Source: Candidatus Electronema aureum
GTDB lineage: Bacteria > Desulfobacterota > Desulfobulbia > Desulfobulbales > Desulfobulbaceae
DNA length: 32,000 nucleotides
Direction of reading: 5' to 3'
Assembly: GCA_004284765.1 (NCBI GenBank)
Contig: NQJD01000026.1
Coordinates: 1-32,000, forward strand
Under the pieces are notes generated by a model, which had not been told where the DNA came from, ran no database searches, and was given only the letters and a program-made list of their open reading frames with translations. How positions within the stretch are numbered: position 1 is the stretch's first letter; each line of letters begins with the position of its first letter. Shown here piece after piece: positions 5,866-14,914 of this stretch. The translations under genes and the position numbers were made by a program.

Positions 5866-8414
5866 TGGCTGACAAGATTGATCAGACCGTTCAGGGTAGC
5901 GGTCATATCTTTTCCGGCACCGGTGATGTTCATGTCGAACATCATCATTACCCTCCCGGAACCGCTCCTCCCTCCCCGCCGCCCCCTCTCTCCGCTAAAT
6001 TCGACCTCTCCCGCCTGCCGACGACCGGTTCCGCGCTGTTTGGCAGGGACGACGAGCTTGCGCTGATTGATCGAGCCTGGCAGGAGAGCGGAACCAACGT
6101 TCTCGTGCTGACTGCGATGGGTGGCGCGGGCAAAACATCGCTGCTGCGGAAGTGGATTGACGATAAGCGGTATCGCGGCGCGGATGCGGTGTACACTTGG
6201 TCGTTTTATTTGCAGGGATCAAGCGGTGAGGAGCAGGCTTCAGCGGCTGAATTCTTTGACAACGCGCTGGCCTGGTTCGGTCATGACGGCAGCCCGATCC
6301 GCTCGGAGCATAACCGGGGCGTGAAATTGGCTGAATTGGTCTGCCGCCAGCGCACGCTGCTGCTGCTCGACGGCTTGGAGCCGCTCCAGCACCCCTTGGG
6401 CGGGCCGATGAACGGCGCGCTCAAGGACAAGGGCCTCGTCAGCCTGTGCGTGCAGCTTGCGGCGGACAACAACGGCCTCCTGCTCATATCCTCCCGCCAG
6501 CCGGTGATGGAGCTGAACGGCAGGCCGCATCAGCAGCAGCACGAGCTGGAGCCGCTCAACGCCGCAGCGGGCATCTCCTTGTTCCACGCCGCAGGGATCA
6601 AGGGCACCGACAAGGAGCTGACCGACACGGTGAAGGCGTACAACGGCCACGCTCTGTCCCTCAGCCTGCTGGCCAAGTACCTGAGCGAATACGAGAAGGG
6701 CGACATCCGCCAGCAGGACACGCTGCGCGGCCTGACCGAGTTCCCGGAGGCCACCCGCGACAGCCTCCACGCCTTCAAGGTGATGTCCGCCTATGAGCGG
6801 CAGCTCTTCGGCAGCCCGGATTTGCAGATCCTCTTCTGCCTTGGCCTGTTCGACCGCCCGGCTGCGGCGGAGGTCATGTTTTTTTTGCAGAAGGAGGGCC
6901 TCGTCGGTCTGCCCAACGACGAGCGGGTGTACCGCGCCGCCTGCGGAAGGCTGCGCAAGCAAGGGCTGCTGAACAAGATCCGCCCGGAGCAGCCGCAGAA
7001 CCTCGACACGCACCCGCTGGTGCGCCAGTATTTCGGCAAGAGGCTATCCGCGCTGCACCCGGAGAGCTGGCGGCAGGCGCACGTCCGGCTGTACGAGCAC
7101 TTCAAGGCCGCAGCCAAGGAGCTGCCCGATACCTTGGAGGAGATGGAGCCGTTGTTTGCGGCGGTGCGGCACGGCTGCGCAGCGGGGATGCGCCAGAATG
7201 CACTGGATGAGGTGTACTGGCTGAGGATAAAGAGGCAAAAAGAGCATTACTTAACCAGTAAACTTGGCGCATTTGCTGCTGACTTAGCCGTCGTATCCTA
7301 CTTTTTTGCCGTGCCGTGGAGTATGCCAGCCGCAGAATTGACCGATGATGCCAAGGCATGGATACTCATTGTGGCTGCATTCGGCCTGCGTGCCATTGGA
7401 CGGCTGACCGAGGCGGCAGAGCCGATGCAGGCAGGGCTGGAAATGGGAATTCAACAGGAAGATTGGAAAGGAGCAGCGGCAGCTGCCTCCAACCTCAGCG
7501 AATTATATCTGACTGTCGGCGATGTTGCGCAGGCAGTTGCCGCTGGACGGCAGAGCGTGGATCTTGCTGATCAGAGCGGAGACGCTGCGGGGCGCATAAC
7601 CTGCCGTACAACGCTCGCCGATGCCCTGCATCAGGCCGGAGAACTGGCGGATAGTCATGCCTTATTCGCTGAGGCGGAAAAAATGCAGCAGGAATGGCAG
7701 CCGGAATACGACCGGCTCTATTCATTGCGGGGATTTCGCTATTGCGACCTGCTGCTGGCTGGCGGCGCATGGCCGGAAGTGCGCGGGAGGGCGGAGAAGG
7801 CAATAAAAATCGCGGAAAAGTATCTGGGCTTATTAGATGTTGCCTTGGACAAACTTTCTCTGGGCCGCGCCGCTGTGCAAGAAGCGGTTGTGCAAGCTGA
7901 TCTGTCTATCATTTCAGGCGTTGCCCCGGACTTGGCCTGCGTTCAACCTATCAGTGGATACGTTGAACCTATCAGCCGAGGCGATGAACGTATCAGCGGA
8001 TGCGTTGAACGTATTGACGGAGCCGTCGAACGTATCGGCGGATACGATGAACCTATCCGCCGAGCCGTTGAATGGCTCGATCAGGCGGTTGATGGCCTGC
8101 GTGAAGCGGGTTATGAGGATTATTTACCGCGTGGACTGCTTGCCCGCGCCGCGTGCCGCCGCTGGGCAGCGCATTTTTCGGCTGCGGAACAGGATTTGCG
8201 GGAATGCGAAGAGATTGCCCAGCGCGGCGGAATGCAGCTGCACCTCATTGACTGCCATCTGGAGGCCGCCAGACTTGCTCGTGCCAGCGGCAGGGCCGTT
8301 CTTGGCCTCACCGCAGAGGAGCATCTGGCCGCCGCACAGGAGGGAATCGCCAAAACCTGCTATAAACGAAGGCTGGTGGAGGCGGAGGAGATTGCGGCGA
8401 TGATTCCTCAGTAG
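5865..8414 (+). CDS. STAND NTPase of NLR architecture (849 aa). Domain order: N-terminal short motif, His/Pro-rich linker, NB-ARC-like P-loop domain, C-terminal TPR-like helical repeats.
   Basis: The N-terminus is MADKIDQTVQGSGHIFSGTGDVHVEHHHYPPGTAPPSPPPP. The FGRDDEL box precedes Walker A AMGGAGKTSLL (nt 6120-6140). Walker B is RTLLLLDGLE. A GLPLA-like block is YNGHALSLSLLAKYL. The C-terminal half is Ala/Leu-rich and helical-repeat-like (..AASNLSELYLTVGDVAQAVAAGRQSVDLA..TTLADALHQAGELADSHALFAEAEKM..). Confidence 0.88.
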   Translation: MADKIDQTVQGSGHIFSGTGDVHVEHHHYPPGTAPPSPPPPLSAKFDLSRLPTTGSALFGRDDELALIDRAWQESGTNVLVLTAMGGAGKTSLLRKWIDDKRYRGADAVYTWSFYLQGSSGEEQASAAEFFDNALAWFGHDGSPIRSEHNRGVKLAELVCRQRTLLLLDGLEPLQHPLGGPMNGALKDKGLVSLCVQLAADNNGLLLISSRQPVMELNGRPHQQQHELEPLNAAAGISLFHAAGIKGTDKELTDTVKAYNGHALSLSLLAKYLSEYEKGDIRQQDTLRGLTEFPEATRDSLHAFKVMSAYERQLFGSPDLQILFCLGLFDRPAAAEVMFFLQKEGLVGLPNDERVYRAACGRLRKQGLLNKIRPEQPQNLDTHPLVRQYFGKRLSALHPESWRQAHVRLYEHFKAAAKELPDTLEEMEPLFAAVRHGCAAGMRQNALDEVYWLRIKRQKEHYLTSKLGAFAADLAVVSYFFAVPWSMPAAELTDDAKAWILIVAAFGLRAIGRLTEAAEPMQAGLEMGIQQEDWKGAAAAASNLSELYLTVGDVAQAVAAGRQSVDLADQSGDAAGRITCRTTLADALHQAGELADSHALFAEAEKMQQEWQPEYDRLYSLRGFRYCDLLLAGGAWPEVRGRAEKAIKIAEKYLGLLDVALDKLSLGRAAVQEAVVQADLSIISGVAPDLACVQPISGYVEPISRGDERISGCVERIDGAVERIGGYDEPIRRAVEWLDQAVDGLREAGYEDYLPRGLLARAACRRWAAHFSAAEQDLRECEEIAQRGGMQLHLIDCHLEAARLARASGRAVLGLTAEEHLAAAQEGIAKTCYKRRLVEAEEIAAMIPQ
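5877..5936 (+). other. N-terminal motif of the NLR (IDQTVQGSGHIFSGTGDVHV), homologous to the C-terminus of the upstream small protein
   Basis: See 5794-5862. The shared core is encoded with four synonymous codon differences (ggc/ggt, gga/ggt, cac/cat, tct/tcc). Confidence 0.75.
7950..8075 (+). repeat. Six in-frame tandem 21-bp (heptapeptide) repeats inside the C-terminal region of the NLR gene
   Basis: The units start at 7950, 7971, 7992, 8013, 8034 and 8055. They encode ISGYVEP / ISRGDER / ISGCVER / IDGAVER / IGGYDEP / IRRAVEW. A degenerate seventh unit (DLACVQP) precedes them at 7929-7949. Confidence 0.85.
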
Positions 8415-8434
8415 GGGCGTTTCGCGAAACGCCC
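8415..8434 (+). terminator. GC-rich 20-bp perfect palindrome immediately after the NLR stop codon; probable terminator hairpin
   Basis: GGGCGTTTCGCGAAACGCCC is fully self-complementary and starts 1 nt after the stop. The trailing TTACATTATAC is only weakly U-rich. Confidence 0.5.
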
Positions 8435-8524
8435 TTACATTATACAAAGAAAATGGTTACGGTGCGCCGTACCTTTCTGATCTCCTTAGAGATATCCCAA
8501 CGGTGCAAGTATGAGACAACTCAG

Positions 8525-9373
8525 ATGAATGCTAACCAACACACCGGCACCTTACACATCGTTGCCACGCCCATTGGCAACCTCAGCGATATTAGCCTGC
8601 GAATGCGTGAGGTCTTAGCCACTGCGGATATTATCGCCTGCGAAGATACCCGACACACGCGCAAGCTGCTTTCTCACTTGAATATCAGCGCAAAGTTGAC
8701 CAGCTGTCACCGCGATAACGAACAACAGAAAGCCACGCAACTTGTCGAGCGGTTGCTCTCAGGCTCGACAGTGGCGTTGGTCTCTGATGCTGGGACACCC
8801 GGTCTTTCCGATCCAGGCGCAGTGCTGGTACGAGCAGCGCGGGCCGCTGGAATTACGGTAGTACCGGTGCCAGGGCCATCAGCCTTGGCAACTGCCCTTT
8901 CTGTCGCGGGGTTAGATGATTCCAACTTTTACTTTGGCGGCTTTCTCTCAGCGAAAAAGAGCGAGCGCCGGAAGCAGCTCACCGCGCTCAAGTCTTTACC
9001 TTGCCCGATGATCTTTTATGAGGCACCGCATCGGATAGAGGCTGCGTTGCAGGACTGCTTCGATATCCTCGGCGACCGACAAGCTCAAGTCTTCCGCGAG
9101 CTAACCAAGCTCCATGAAGAACATAAAGCCGGGATGCTGTCCGCGCTGATAGAGCAAATGAGCGGCAAGGTACTGGGGGAATTGGTGCTGCTCGTCAGTG
9201 GTGCAGAGGAAAAGCAGCATGAGGAACGGCCTGAAAATCTTGACGAGTTGATTCTCTGGCACCGTGATCAAGAAGGCAGTTCGCTCAAAGACGCAGCAAA
9301 GCAAATTGCCGATGCCTTAGATATGCCTAAATCGCAAGTGTATCAGCGCGCCCTAAGCCTCTGGCAGACATGA
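8525..9373 (+). CDS. rsmI: 16S rRNA (cytidine1402-2'-O)-methyltransferase RsmI
   Basis: Family blocks are GTLHIVATPIGNLSDISLRMREVLATADIIACEDTRHTRKLLSHL, VALVSDAGTPGLSDPG, VPVPGPSA and FYEAPHR. I prefer ATG 8525 (MNANQHTG..) over the upstream ORF-track start at 8453. Confidence 0.92.
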   Translation: MNANQHTGTLHIVATPIGNLSDISLRMREVLATADIIACEDTRHTRKLLSHLNISAKLTSCHRDNEQQKATQLVERLLSGSTVALVSDAGTPGLSDPGAVLVRAARAAGITVVPVPGPSALATALSVAGLDDSNFYFGGFLSAKKSERRKQLTALKSLPCPMIFYEAPHRIEAALQDCFDILGDRQAQVFRELTKLHEEHKAGMLSALIEQMSGKVLGELVLLVSGAEEKQHEERPENLDELILWHRDQEGSSLKDAAKQIADALDMPKSQVYQRALSLWQT

Positions 9374-10245
9374 GCGGACGTTGGCGAACGCATCTCTTGA
9401 TGCTGCTGACCACAATGCTGGTCTCAACCTCGTTCACCGTGGGCAAAGCCATTGCGGGCGGTATGGACCCAGCCGTGCTGACCCTCCTCCGCTTTGCCTT
9501 GGCAGCCCTGCTCTTTCTGCCCTTTGTCGCGTGGAAATACGGTCTGTACCTGCCGAAGAGAAAGCAGTTCGTTGGCTACGCCTGCATCAGCTTTACCCTC
9601 ACCGGCTTCTTCTGGCTGATGTTTCTCTCCTTGCAAAGTACCACCGCCTTGAACACCGGGGTCATTTACACCTTGGTACCGGGATTGTCCGGCCTTTACA
9701 GTGCCGTCCTGCTCCGCGAGCGATTAGGCAAATACCGACTCATGGCTTTAGTTCCGGCCACCGTCGGAGCGATCTGGGTCCTGTTTCACGGCAGCTGGCA
9801 ACAGCTGTTGGCTTTTAATCTCAAGTCCGGCGACCTGATTTTCTTCTGCGGCTGCCTGCTGATGGCGTTCTACACCCCGCTTGTTAAACTCTTCCATCGC
9901 GATGAGCCGATGTCAGTAATGACCTTCTGGATACTGATCACCGGGTGCGGATGGCTGCTGCTCTTCTTTAGCCAACGATTGATGGCTATGGTTTGGGCAG
10001 ATGTTCCGGCGCAGGTCTGGAGAGGCATTGCCTATTTGGCGATCTTCTCAACCATGATCACCTTCTTCCTCAGTCAGCTTTGCACCTTGCGCCTTGGCCC
10101 GACCAGAGTCATGGCGTATAGCTACCTCTACCCGCCTTTTATTATGCTGATCGAATGGGCGTATGGCCAGCCGCTGCCGCCTGTGCAGATGCTACCGGGC
10201 TTAGTGTTGATTGTTGCAGCAATGCTGATTGTCCAGCAGGAGTGA
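9370..10245 (+). CDS. DMT-superfamily (EamA-like) transporter with about 10 predicted TM segments
   Basis: The 291-aa protein is hydrophobic throughout with the two-half EamA-like organisation. Its ATG overlaps the rsmI stop (ATGA at 9370-9373). Confidence 0.8.
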   Translation: MSGRWRTHLLMLLTTMLVSTSFTVGKAIAGGMDPAVLTLLRFALAALLFLPFVAWKYGLYLPKRKQFVGYACISFTLTGFFWLMFLSLQSTTALNTGVIYTLVPGLSGLYSAVLLRERLGKYRLMALVPATVGAIWVLFHGSWQQLLAFNLKSGDLIFFCGCLLMAFYTPLVKLFHRDEPMSVMTFWILITGCGWLLLFFSQRLMAMVWADVPAQVWRGIAYLAIFSTMITFFLSQLCTLRLGPTRVMAYSYLYPPFIMLIEWAYGQPLPPVQMLPGLVLIVAAMLIVQQE

Positions 10246-10277
10246 CGTTGTTCGTTAGCTGCCCCTTGAATGCAAAC

Positions 10278-10320
10278 AAAAAAGCGATGCCGCCTCCGTA
10301 GAGACAGCATCGCTTTTACT
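10278..10320. terminator. Bidirectional rho-independent terminator between convergent eamA-like and groEL genes
   Basis: An 11-bp stem pairs AAAAGCGATGC (10280-10290) with GCATCGCTTTT (10307-10317). The A-run on one side and T-run on the other make it usable on both strands. Confidence 0.65.
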
Positions 10321-10351
10321 TTTCTTGAGCAGATAGAAAAGATGCGACGAC

Positions 10352-12025
<1,674 letters not shown>

Positions 12026-12065
12026 TTATAGCTTGTGATTAAAACAGGATAGTCGCAGAACAGGC

Positions 12066-12356
12066 TTACGCTTCGATGATGCCGAGAATGTCCTCTTCAC
12101 GCATGATGAGGTATTTTTCGCCATCCAACTTCACATCGGTGCCGCCGTATTTGGAGAACAGTACCCGGTCGCCAACCTTGACATCCATAGCAATCCGCTC
12201 GCCTGCATCATTCCGCTTGCCTGCGCCAACAGCAACGACCTTGCCTTCAGCCGGTTTTTCTTTGGCAGAGTCGGGGATGATGATGCCGCCTGCGGTTTTC
12301 TCTTCCTCTTCCACTCTCTTGACCAGAATGCGGTCATTCAACGGACGAATATTCAT
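12066..12356 (-). CDS. groES: Co-chaperonin GroES (Cpn10)
   Basis: The 96-aa product is [84 protein letters not shown] 12356 is preceded by GGAGGA. The ORF-track start at 12413 is an upstream extension. Confidence 0.98.
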   Translation of the reverse strand: MNIRPLNDRILVKRVEEEEKTAGGIIIPDSAKEKPAEGKVVAVGAGKRNDAGERIAMDVKVGDRVLFSKYGGTDVKLDGEKYLIMREEDILGIIEA

Positions 12357-12475
12357 GGACAATCCTCCTGTTACAGAATTTAATAGGGAGTTTAGGCCGA
12401 CCTCCTTCTGCATGATGTCGGCTCACGTTTACTTGCTCGGACAGAAAATTAATTCCTGTCATCTGACTGCGCCAA

Positions 12476-12511
12476 ACAATAGGAACGGATCAGGGGAAAT
12501 CAAGGGCGAGA
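12476..12511 (-). promoter_or_regulatory. Candidate sigma-32 (heat-shock) promoter of groES-groEL
   Basis: The minus strand reads TCTCGCCCTTGAT. This matches the sigma-32 -35 region consensus TNTCNCCCTTGAA at 10 of the 11 specified positions (12 of 13 counting the two N). A 15-nt spacer follows, then CCTATTGT against the -10 consensus CCCCATNT (4 of the 7 specified positions, a weak match). It lies about 120 nt upstream of the groES ATG. Confidence 0.4.
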
Positions 12512-12563
12512 GGGAGAAAAAAATGCTTTTCCCTTCCTTCATGCTGGAATAAAAAGAAAAATA

Positions 12564-13637
12564 TTAGATAGCGCGTACTAACCAGCCGTGCGTATCGGGC
12601 AGTATTCCGCGCTGCATCTGCTGAATGCCATCAAAGAGCCGCTGGGCTATTGGCCCGGTCTTGCCGCCACCGATAATGATGGAACGTTCTTGGTAGAGGA
12701 ATTCGCCCACCGGCGCGATGACCGCCGCTGTGCCGGAGCCAAAAGCCTCAGTCAGCGAGCCATCTGCTGCTGCCGCGATGATTTCATCCATGCTGATTCG
12801 CCGCTCGTTCGCCTTGATACCCCAGTCTGCTGCGACTTTCAAAACAGTGTCGCGAGTGATACCAGGTAGGATGGTGCCGCCTAACGGTGGCGTGACCAAT
12901 TCGCCGTTGATGACAAAGAAGATGTTGGAAGTACCCACTTCCTCGACATATTTATGTTCTGCCGCATCTAACCACAGCACTTGGGTGCAGCCTTTTGCTT
13001 TGGCTTCAGCAAAGGCCTTGAGTGAGGCAGCATAGTTGCCACCGGTTTTAGCTTCGCCTACTCCGCCCGCTGTAGCCCGAACATACTGGTCTTCCACGTA
13101 AATCTTGGTTGGTTTAAAACCTTCAGCGTAGTAAGCACCCACTGGGCAGCAGATGATGAAAAAGAGGTATTCATTCGCAGGATGCAGGCCAACCGCAGCC
13201 TCGGTAGCAATCATCGCTGGGCGAATGTAGAGCGATGCACCCGAAGCCTGCGGCACCCATGCCCGGTCGAGTGCAACCATCTGCTTCAGGGCCTCTAACA
13301 CCTCTTCCGCCGGAATCTCTGGCATACACATGCGGACAGCAGAGCGGTTCAGGCGATTCAGGTTATCCAAAGGCCGGAAAAGTAGAACAGAGCCGTCTGC
13401 GCCGTGATAGGCTTTCAGTCCTTCAAAAATCTCCTGACTGTAATGCAGAACCATTGCCGCTGGGTCGAGCGTGAACGGGCCGTAGGGTTTGATCTCCGCA
13501 TCGTGCCAGCCTTCTTTGCTATTCCAGCTCATCACAAACATGTGATCCGTGAAATGCCGACCGAAACCGAGGTTATTCCAGTCTGGCTTTGCCTTCAGCG
13601 TCTCTGTTTTGCGCAGCGTAATTTCCAGCTTCTTCAT
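12564..13637 (-). CDS. ilvE: Branched-chain amino acid aminotransferase (about 357-aa class IV type)
   Basis: Family blocks are FTDHMF, VLHYSQEIFEGLKAY, LFRP..NL.RLNRSA.RMCMP, SLYIRP, GVGEAKTGGNYAASL, EEVGTSNIFFV..GELVTPPLGGTILPGITRD. Confidence 0.92.
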   Translation of the reverse strand: MKKLEITLRKTETLKAKPDWNNLGFGRHFTDHMFVMSWNSKEGWHDAEIKPYGPFTLDPAAMVLHYSQEIFEGLKAYHGADGSVLLFRPLDNLNRLNRSAVRMCMPEIPAEEVLEALKQMVALDRAWVPQASGASLYIRPAMIATEAAVGLHPANEYLFFIICCPVGAYYAEGFKPTKIYVEDQYVRATAGGVGEAKTGGNYAASLKAFAEAKAKGCTQVLWLDAAEHKYVEEVGTSNIFFVINGELVTPPLGGTILPGITRDTVLKVAADWGIKANERRISMDEIIAAAADGSLTEAFGSGTAAVIAPVGEFLYQERSIIIGGGKTGPIAQRLFDGIQQMQRGILPDTHGWLVRAI

Positions 13638-13667
13638 TTTCCTATCCTTTCTTTATCAATTTGTTAT

Positions 13668-14855
13668 CTATCTCACCCGAACACACAGCCCCTTCAAATA
13701 CTGCGTTTCCGGGATGGCCAATTTTACCGGATGATCTGCACTTTGCCCCAACCATCGAAGTAGCTGAACATCGCGTCCACTGTCCGTTGCTGCATCCGCC
13801 ACGATTTTCTGAAACAGCTCCATCTTCATGAGTCCAGAGCAAGAAAAGGTGAACAGCAGACCACCGGGACGGAGCAGTTTGAAGGCAAGCAGATTGATGT
13901 CTTTGTAACCTCGGCTTGCTCTTTCCATATTAGTCTGCGATTCAGCAAATTTTGGCGGATCAAGAATGATAAGGTCAAAGGTTCGGCCTTCTTTCAAATA
14001 CTGACGCAGAAGTTGAAAAACATCTGCTTTGATACTTGTGCACGCATTGTCAGGAAAACCGTTCAATCGCGCGTTATCGTCAATCATGCTGATAAAATCG
14101 GCCCGATCTTCTGCATGAACGACATGCTTTGCTCCGCCTTTCAGAGCTGAAATCCCAAATCCACCAGTATAGGCAAAGCAATTCAGCACTTCTGCGTCTA
14201 AGCTGTGAGAACGAACTATATTGCGGTTGTCACGCTGATCAAGATAAAAACCTGTCTTGTGTCCTTCTTTGAGATCAACGAGGAATTTCAGCCCGTTCTC
14301 TTCAATTTCCAGCAAAGTAGGCGGCTCTTCTCCGCAGAGTAGTCCCTTGCACGGCTGAAGCCCTTCCTTTTTGCGGACTTCAACATCAGATCGCTCATAG
14401 ATGTTGTGCAGACCAGTCGCTTGCTTGAGTTGCTCAATCAGTACCTTTTTCCAGCGTTCCGCACCAATGCTGAGAAATTGGCAGACAATAAAATCACCGT
14501 AGCGGTCAGTAATCAGGCCGGGCAAGCCGTCTGCCTCAGCCGCGATCAGGCGGTAAGCATTTGTCTGCGTTGAAATACCCAAGGATTCCCGTAGGTTAAT
14601 AGCAGTCTGGATGCGACGGGCGAAGAAGGCTTCATCAACAAGTTCCTGCTCGTCGAATGTCCAGATGCGGAGGCGAATCTGCGAGGAAGGCGAATAGGCA
14701 CCGCGCCCTAAACATTGGCCGTTGGCGGAAAAAGCATCCACGGTCGTGCCGGGCTGCGGATTGCCCTCCACCCGCTGCACCGCGCCAGAAAAAAGCCAAG
14801 GATGCCCGTGCAGCAGCGAACGCTCGCGACCTTCCTTGAGGATGAGTTTGTTCAT
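13668..14855 (-). CDS. rlmI: Class I SAM-dependent 23S rRNA (cytosine-C5) methyltransferase, RlmI-like (PUA + methyltransferase)
   Basis: The N-terminus is LKEGRERSLLHGHPWLFSGAV. Other blocks are AYRLIAAEADGLPGLITDRYGDFIV, KTGFYLDQRDNR, VLNCFAYTGGFGISA and ILDPPKFA. Confidence 0.87.
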   Translation of the reverse strand: MNKLILKEGRERSLLHGHPWLFSGAVQRVEGNPQPGTTVDAFSANGQCLGRGAYSPSSQIRLRIWTFDEQELVDEAFFARRIQTAINLRESLGISTQTNAYRLIAAEADGLPGLITDRYGDFIVCQFLSIGAERWKKVLIEQLKQATGLHNIYERSDVEVRKKEGLQPCKGLLCGEEPPTLLEIEENGLKFLVDLKEGHKTGFYLDQRDNRNIVRSHSLDAEVLNCFAYTGGFGISALKGGAKHVVHAEDRADFISMIDDNARLNGFPDNACTSIKADVFQLLRQYLKEGRTFDLIILDPPKFAESQTNMERASRGYKDINLLAFKLLRPGGLLFTFSCSGLMKMELFQKIVADAATDSGRDVQLLRWLGQSADHPVKLAIPETQYLKGLCVRVR

Positions 14856-14914
14856 ATTTTCCCGGTTGATTCAATGCAGAATCAACATATTTCATTGATT
14901 AAAAATCATCTTCC

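Noticed and set aside
6240-7013. 257-aa ORF antisense to the NLR gene, plus several other 60-120-aa ORFs in 5878-8447
   Set aside because: It lies entirely inside the well-supported 849-aa NLR ORF in GC-rich DNA. Its composition is Arg/Ala/Leu/Gln-rich and low-complexity, as is typical of antisense frames, and it has no motifs or SD.
14865-14886. 8-bp stem hairpin (GTTGATTC-AATGCA-GAATCAAC) between the NERD gene stop and the rlmI start
   Set aside because: The stem is short and no U-tract follows on the transcribed (minus) strand, so I cannot support it as a terminator or regulator.
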